DNA of 64,000 nucleotides from Stylophora pistillata. Lineage: Eukaryota. The notes under the pieces are model-generated. The model ran no database searches and had not been told where the DNA came from. It worked only from the letters and a program-made list of their open reading frames with translations. Position numbers and translations under genes: made by a program. Location of the stretch: assembly GCF_002571385.2 (NCBI RefSeq), contig NW_019217939.1, forward strand, positions 1-64,000. The letters run 5' to 3'. Numbering within the stretch: the first letter of the stretch is position 1; every line of letters begins with the position of its first letter. Below, one piece after another: positions 61,401-64,000 of the stretch.

Positions 61401-63793
61401 GACAAAGGTCAAATTTTTACCAGAATTTGAATTTGCGACATTGAATCAAAAAGAACTCTATCCGAGGTTCCCTATAGCACGTTCGTTCTCGTGGAAGAAT
61501 ATAAATCTGCACTTACCTCCAGTCCCTTCAGCTGTTGCACGGCCTCCGTCTCATCGCGTGGTTTCTCAATCTTGGTGAACCCCTCCATTTCCTCGACCCA
61601 GGCTATAAACGCGTCCAACTTCTCGTGGAAACTTCTCCAATCGCTCAGTTCCTCCTTGAGAGATTCTACTCTCTCTGGAACGCCGTTTGTGAGGGTGTCC
61701 CATTTCTTTCGCAATGAATCACACTTCTCGTCCACTAACCTGTCTTGGATGTAAAACATGTACTTGCTGGTGTTTGACAACTCTTGATAATTTTCAACAG
61801 CTGACTTGAAGTCCCCTTCACAGTTTTCCATCTCTTGTTTTATACCCTGAGGAAAAAAAACGTCTTTCAGGGACATTCAAACTGAAAAAAATTTTAACGC
61901 CTTGTTTCCCTGTAATTTTCTGAGGATCGCTTGCAATCTTCAGCGAACATGGGACACCGAGTACCTTTCCGTGATCGAACATACCTAACAATTTGACATG
62001 CTTAGCTCGAGCATACATCCCAGACCTAAACAGAACCAAACGATACAAATTTATAAACACTTTTCTACTAGCAGCACTACCCAAGTTGTCTGTCTCACGA
62101 GAACCTTCTTAATAGCCTTGTTCATCAAGAAAGTTTCGAGCACAACGCGAAATCGCAAACGACAGGAAGAGTTTGGAATCTGGAGATTAATTTTTCTTTG
62201 CCTCACACTCGTAAGAACAGTTCATGATCCTACCTCATAATATGCAAGTGCCTCTCTCAAGCTTTGCTCGTCCCTGCTTGACAATCCTCTTTCGCTCTCC
62301 AGCTTGTCTTCCGCTTGGGTTACCCAAGACTCCATGTTGCATAACATCTCTTCCTTCTCGACCCACTCCATTCTGAGGTCGTCTAACTCTACCAGCTTCT
62401 TCTCGGCGTTTTGCACGGCTTGGCTCCATTTCTCTTCTAGTTGCTTCAGAGTATCTTTGATATCGAGGTCCTTGAGTTTCGTGCTCGCCGAAAGCTCGGA
62501 GCCCTTCCAGATTAAGTTGTCGAGTACACCTCTTAATTCACGCAGATCTGCGAGAAGTATCTGAAACAAAGGGCCACCAAAATTGGTTCGAAGATCAGAA
62601 TAACATAATATCCAGGCTTAAAGTACCGTGATACATTAATGCCTGGCCACGTAACCATCAGCGCACATTCGACCCTTGAATCGGATGCAGCGAAGATTCA
62701 AGTCATATCAACACATCGTTGATTGATTTATCTATTATGAAGTGCATTAATACTTTTTTGGTTTATAGTTTTACATTAATTTTAACATATTTCAACAGCG
62801 AAACAACAATAAAAGTGGGAATTTTACGTAATAATTTCGAATTACCGATGGTGTCGGAAATTGTCTGAGAATTGGTACGACGCCAAAAAGAAGGTAAGTG
62901 ACCGAGACGCAATTGGTTTTGATACGAATCGTAGTGGCGTCTTTTGTTTTTGGACAACTTTCGACAATCAATACAAAATTTCCACTCCCGACGCATTTCA
63001 AATGGCTGTAAGTTGACAAAGTATTCCCCTCTATTTTATACCTTATCTTCTTCTATGAAAGTAGCGACTTCTTCCGAACTTCCAAAATAAGGAACCTGGG
63101 AAGCCAGTTTCTCTTCCAGTTCTTCAAAACGAGAAGTGAATTCTTCAAACACTTTTTGATACTCATTAAGTGGCTTAAGACCCTGTTCTGCGTTGCTTTC
63201 AGACATCCTCGCCTTCTCAAACAGTTCATTCCATCGCTCTCTCAAACTGCACAGCTTTGCTTTGAAGTGCATGGTGCCCGCATCTGTCACGCCTTCGGAA
63301 AGCTTGCGGGCTTCTTCCTGGAAGACGGTGAAACTTTGCCGACGTTGAAATAATTCCTTTGATACTCCCTATCAAGAGAAAAAACACTTGTGTCTTATTC
63401 ATGGTTCCGTCAGACACAAACTTTGATGAACTCGTTCCCTTGACATTCATCATAAGTAAAAACGTATCCTCCTACCTTGACTTGGGCCAGCCATTCCTGT
63501 GACACTCTACTATCTTTGCGACTCCTTTCCAGTCGGGAATCCACCTTGTCCATGTACTCCACAAATTTGTCCATCTGTTCCTGAAACCCTTCCCACTGTT
63601 TGGCTTTGTTGTCCAGGCTTTCAAGAAGAGCTGCGATTTCGTCGAAGAGTGACTTTTTGAGTGATGAAATGCTGTTCAGTTGGTCCTCGATTCGCGCTTT
63701 ACAGTCCTCGCTGGCTTTCATTTTGATCGTAGTTCCAAAAGAAAAGATGAAGTTGAATTCGGCTAATTGAGTTTGAAGATCTCGTTGAAATTC
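15024..63793 (-). CDS. SYNE1: Giant spectrin-repeat protein, nesprin-1/SYNE1-like; 44 exons, ~7,280 codons in window; N-terminus outside window; no KASH domain found
   Basis: Dozens of ~320-nt phase-0 exons with spectrin-repeat Trp/heptad patterns. The last repeats (VLRLCEKL..ACPSEEDRQSLQ..RW; FETLRQEVYSFLTEAELKLIT) resemble the conserved C-terminal repeats of nesprin-1 (recalled, needs BLAST). Confidence 0.75.
15243..15386 (-). CDS. Nesprin-like exon (GLQRLINMNYAK...ELNSRWQQ)
   Basis: ttttag|GGC...CAG|gtaat; not in the ORF track. Confidence 0.85.
15858..16181 (-). CDS. Nesprin-like spectrin-repeat exon
   Basis: ctccag|GTA...AAG|gtatt, 324 nt. Confidence 0.9.
16609..16887 (-). CDS. Nesprin-like spectrin-repeat exon
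   Basis: ttctag|AAA...GAG|gtaagg, 279 nt. Confidence 0.9.
16915..17307 (-). mobile_element. tRNA-derived SINE
   Basis: A box TAGCTCAACTGG, B box GGTTCGAGCTCC, core tcttctcggataaggacgaataaaccgtagg; second copy at 57588-57981. Confidence 0.85.
17321..17457. mobile_element. Palindromic MITE (ATAGAGG...CTCTAT)
   Basis: ~44-bp imperfect TIRs; second copy at 22026-22163. Confidence 0.85.
17571..17633 (-). CDS. Nesprin-like 63-nt exon (DTETDVERRATDVQTVLRLCE)
   Basis: tttgtag|GAT...GAG|gtatt; completes the repeat with the next exon. Confidence 0.85.
18251..18583 (-). CDS. Nesprin-like spectrin-repeat exon
   Basis: acacag|GTT...AAG|gtaat, 333 nt. Confidence 0.9.
18997..19323 (-). CDS. Nesprin-like spectrin-repeat exon
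   Basis: ccatag|GCT...CAG|gtttg, 327 nt. Confidence 0.88.
19421..19455 (+). mobile_element. Solo right end of the hAT-like MITE at 20438-20613
   Basis: 35 nt identical to 20579-20613. Confidence 0.8.
19758..20081 (-). CDS. Nesprin-like spectrin-repeat exon
   Basis: ttctag|ATG...AAG|gtaac, 324 nt. Confidence 0.9.
20438..20613. mobile_element. hAT-like MITE (176 bp)
   Basis: 17-bp TIR CAGGGCTCGACACTAAC, subterminal ACTAGCCA/TGGCTAGT repeats; no clear TSD. Confidence 0.8.
20847..21179 (-). CDS. Nesprin-like spectrin-repeat exon
   Basis: tttgtag|GAT...AAG|gtaac, 333 nt. Confidence 0.9.
21522..21839 (-). CDS. Nesprin-like spectrin-repeat exon
   Basis: gattag|GAA...GAG|gtgagt, 318 nt. Confidence 0.88.
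22026..22163. mobile_element. Palindromic MITE, same family as 17321-17457
   Basis: Perfect 44-bp TIR ATAGAGGTTTTGCACAGCAGCCATGTTGGATGGCAGGAACAAT-type arms. Confidence 0.88.
22339..22474 (-). CDS. Nesprin-like half-repeat exon (phase 2-0)
   Basis: tttacag|G ATT GCG...GAG|gtgagc; IASATRSFTQLQESVNSLVTWLDEAE. Confidence 0.85.
22767..22939 (-). CDS. Nesprin-like half-repeat exon (phase 0-2)
   Basis: ttttag|CAA...GAG CA|gtgcgt. Confidence 0.8.
23122..23277 (-). mobile_element. 3' fragment of a SINE family member
   Basis: 23202-23277 matches 57701-57776; ends in an A-rich tail on the minus strand. Confidence 0.65.
23548..23874 (-). CDS. Nesprin-like spectrin-repeat exon
   Basis: ttgaag|GCG...CAA|gtaac, 327 nt. 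Confidence 0.88.
24356..24640 (-). mobile_element. 5'-truncated CR1/L2-type LINE 3' end with (ATT)n tail
   Basis: LDDLLPPRRTRQLRSRGYDYILLRVRT..FVNRCLF-like terminus followed by ~21 copies of AAT (plus strand 24357-24418). Confidence 0.75.
24786..25103 (-). CDS. Nesprin-like spectrin-repeat exon
   Basis: accaag|GCA...CAA|gtaaga, 318 nt. Confidence 0.88.
25660..25992 (-). CDS. Nesprin-like spectrin-repeat exon
   Basis: atgcag|ACA...AAG|gtgggt, 333 nt. Confidence 0.85.
26286..26621 (-). CDS. Nesprin-like spectrin-repeat exon with an in-frame TAG at 26603-26601
   Basis: ttttattcag|CAT TAT CAA AGT GAA GTG TAG CGT CAG CAG...AGG|gtgagt, 336 nt. Confidence 0.8.
27007..27242 (-). CDS. Nesprin-like exon (phase 1-0)
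   Basis: tttgtag|GC AAT...GTG AGG|gtaagt. Confidence 0.88.
27703..28108 (-). CDS. Nesprin-like exon (phase 0-1)
   Basis: ttccag|GGC...ACA G|gtaagg. Confidence 0.88.
28588..29100 (-). CDS. Nesprin-like exon with Pro/Ser/Thr-rich hinge
   Basis: tcacag|TTC...CAG|gtact, 513 nt. Confidence 0.88.
29724..30059 (-). CDS. Nesprin-like spectrin-repeat exon
   Basis: cataaag|GAA...GAG|gtaac, 336 nt. Confidence 0.8.
30174..31130. other. Assembly gap (957 N)
   Basis: Run of N. Confidence 1.
31216..31707 (-). CDS. Nesprin-like exon (492 nt)
   Basis: tttatag|GCT...CAG|gtcggt. Confidence 0.8.
32151..33869 (-). CDS. Nesprin-like 1,719-nt exon with a long acidic disordered insert
   Basis: ttttaag|GAT...GTG|gtaagc; repeat halves flank ~480 aa of D/E/S-rich sequence. 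Confidence 0.88.
35275..35595 (-). CDS. Nesprin-like spectrin-repeat exon
   Basis: tttcag|GCG...CAG|gtaggt, 321 nt. Confidence 0.9.
37258..37581 (-). CDS. Nesprin-like spectrin-repeat exon
   Basis: ttacag|ATG...GAA|gtaagg, 324 nt. Confidence 0.88.
38139..38456 (-). CDS. Nesprin-like spectrin-repeat exon
   Basis: ctcttag|ACC...CAG|gttagt, 318 nt. Confidence 0.9.
38743..39072 (-). CDS. Nesprin-like spectrin-repeat exon
   Basis: ctccag|GAA...GAG|gtgaga, 330 nt. Confidence 0.9.
39081..39174. repeat. 12-bp minisatellite (AAACAAAGGAGT) x8 next to a splice acceptor
   Basis: Eight tandem copies visible. Confidence 0.95.
39802..40074 (-). CDS. Nesprin-like exon (273 nt)
   Basis: ccgtag|GAT...GAG|gtaaa. 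Confidence 0.85.
40443..40480. repeat. (CA)n microsatellite
   Basis: ~19 CA units. Confidence 0.95.
42283..42594 (-). CDS. Nesprin-like spectrin-repeat exon
   Basis: ttccaag|GAG...CAG|gtaat, 312 nt. Confidence 0.85.
42645..42686. repeat. 19-bp tandem repeat (tgacatggcgaatactgag) x2.3
   Basis: Direct repeat visible. Confidence 0.8.
45137..52216 (-). CDS. Giant 7,080-nt nesprin-like exon (2,360 codons, ~22 spectrin repeats)
   Basis: tttcag|CCC...AAG|gtaagt; uninterrupted ORF, phase 0-0. Confidence 0.92.
52495..52824 (-). CDS. Nesprin-like spectrin-repeat exon
   Basis: gcacag|ACC...GAG|gtagg, 330 nt. Confidence 0.9.
52942..53268 (-). CDS. Nesprin-like spectrin-repeat exon
   Basis: ttgcag|GCC...AAG|gtttg, 327 nt. 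Confidence 0.9.
53665..53988 (-). CDS. Nesprin-like spectrin-repeat exon
   Basis: tttcag|AAT...AAG|gtaaa, 324 nt. Confidence 0.9.
54358..54596. mobile_element. Penelope-like-element-derived inverted repeat with hammerhead-ribozyme remnants
   Basis: 83-bp arms (54362-54444 and 54449-54531, one mismatch); 14-bp TSD ATATGCACATGTAA (54344-54357 and 54597-54610); ACGAAGGGCTAACGCTCGAAACGTC motif. Confidence 0.75.
54616..54942 (-). CDS. Nesprin-like spectrin-repeat exon
   Basis: tttcaag|GTA...AAA|gtaat, 327 nt. Confidence 0.88.
56008..56319 (-). CDS. Nesprin-like exon (312 nt)
   Basis: acctag|ATG...CAG|gttgg. Confidence 0.85.
56442..57242 (-). CDS. Nesprin-like 801-nt exon with Ser/acidic disordered insert
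   Basis: ttttag|GAT...AAG|gtttg. Confidence 0.85.
57588..57981 (-). mobile_element. tRNA-derived SINE (second copy) with A-rich tail
   Basis: A/B boxes; head and core match 17107-17300; T-rich run at 57588-57621 on the plus strand. Confidence 0.85.
57999..58169 (-). CDS. Nesprin-like half-repeat exon
   Basis: taatag|GTG...AAG|gtttg, 171 nt. Confidence 0.85.
58567..58734 (-). CDS. Nesprin-like half-repeat exon
   Basis: tcacag|GTT...AAG|gtaaa, 168 nt. Confidence 0.85.
59254..59565 (-). CDS. Nesprin-like spectrin-repeat exon
   Basis: tttcag|GCC...AAG|gtact, 312 nt. Confidence 0.9.
59832..60155 (-). CDS. Nesprin-like spectrin-repeat exon
   Basis: atccag|GCC...CAG|gtata, 324 nt. Confidence 0.88.
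60747..61067 (-). CDS. Nesprin-like spectrin-repeat exon
   Basis: tgccag|GAA...AAG|gtgaga, 321 nt. Confidence 0.9.
61210..61460 (+). repeat. Degenerate interspersed repeat; related inverted fragment near 25223-25300
   Basis: ttttcaattgag..gggatt..ctgtgatcagtc..aaactcg..gatgcaaaac motif recalled as a common coral repeat; not searched. Confidence 0.4.
61517..61846 (-). CDS. Nesprin-like spectrin-repeat exon
   Basis: cctcag|GGT...GAG|gtaagt, 330 nt. Confidence 0.92.
62234..62560 (-). CDS. Nesprin-like spectrin-repeat exon
   Basis: tttcag|ATA...GAG|gtagg, 327 nt. Confidence 0.9.
63042..63368 (-). CDS. Nesprin-like spectrin-repeat exon
   Basis: tgatag|GGA...AAG|gtata, 327 nt. Confidence 0.9.
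63476..63793 (-). CDS. Nesprin-like spectrin-repeat exon (first in window)
   Basis: ttttag|GAA...AAG|gtagg, 318 nt. Confidence 0.9.
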
Positions 63794-64000
63794 CTAAAAG
63801 ACAAATGGGAGGACACTTTGAAATGAATTAGTGCCAGCCGCAGTTTGATGGCACAAGAAGCCTCTAGATTATATTTGTGGTCCATCTCTTTGGTTATGTG
63901 CCTATACTTTGCTTTGTTTGCCTAGTTTACGGTGCACGAGCCAGAGAAAATATTTTGAGGAATAATGCAGTAGCCATGCTATTTTATTATGTCTGCATTT

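Noticed and set aside
15024-63793. Dystrophin/utrophin or spectraplakin (MACF1/dystonin) identity
   Set aside because: No WW/EF/ZZ or EF-hand/GAR C-terminal domains seen; the repeat number far exceeds dystrophin, and the terminal repeats resemble nesprin-1

Overview
AT-rich, intron-rich animal genomic DNA, most likely a scleractinian coral or other cnidarian (inferred from the repeat families). It has one 957-nt assembly gap at 30174-31130 and two convergent genes, both missing their 5' ends. (1) On the + strand, 249-9952 is the 3' part of a secreted mucin-like gene. About 700 aa of (S-[A/V/I]-S-T-S-S)n repeats are encoded by 16 exons, 15 of them frame-neutral phase 2-2, arranged as a tandemly triplicated exon-intron cassette. 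A VWC-like domain, an 11-Cys C-terminal cystine knot and an unusual polybasic tail (KKKRRRR-ALSRLFALPP*) follow. (2) On the - strand, 63793-15024 holds 44 reconstructed exons (~7,280 codons) of a giant nesprin-1/SYNE1-like spectrin-repeat gene. It has mostly one repeat per phase-0 exon, plus a 7,080-nt exon, two acidic disordered inserts and an in-frame TAG that could double as a splice acceptor. Its C-terminus appears to stop before the LEWD/KASH region. Introns and the intergenic spacer contain a PIF/Harbinger derivative with a dead MADF ORF, tRNA-derived SINEs, LINE 3' ends, MITEs, a Penelope-type hammerhead palindrome with a 14-bp TSD, and micro/minisatellites. All exon boundaries were read by eye from GT-AG sites and phase continuity; none has transcript support.
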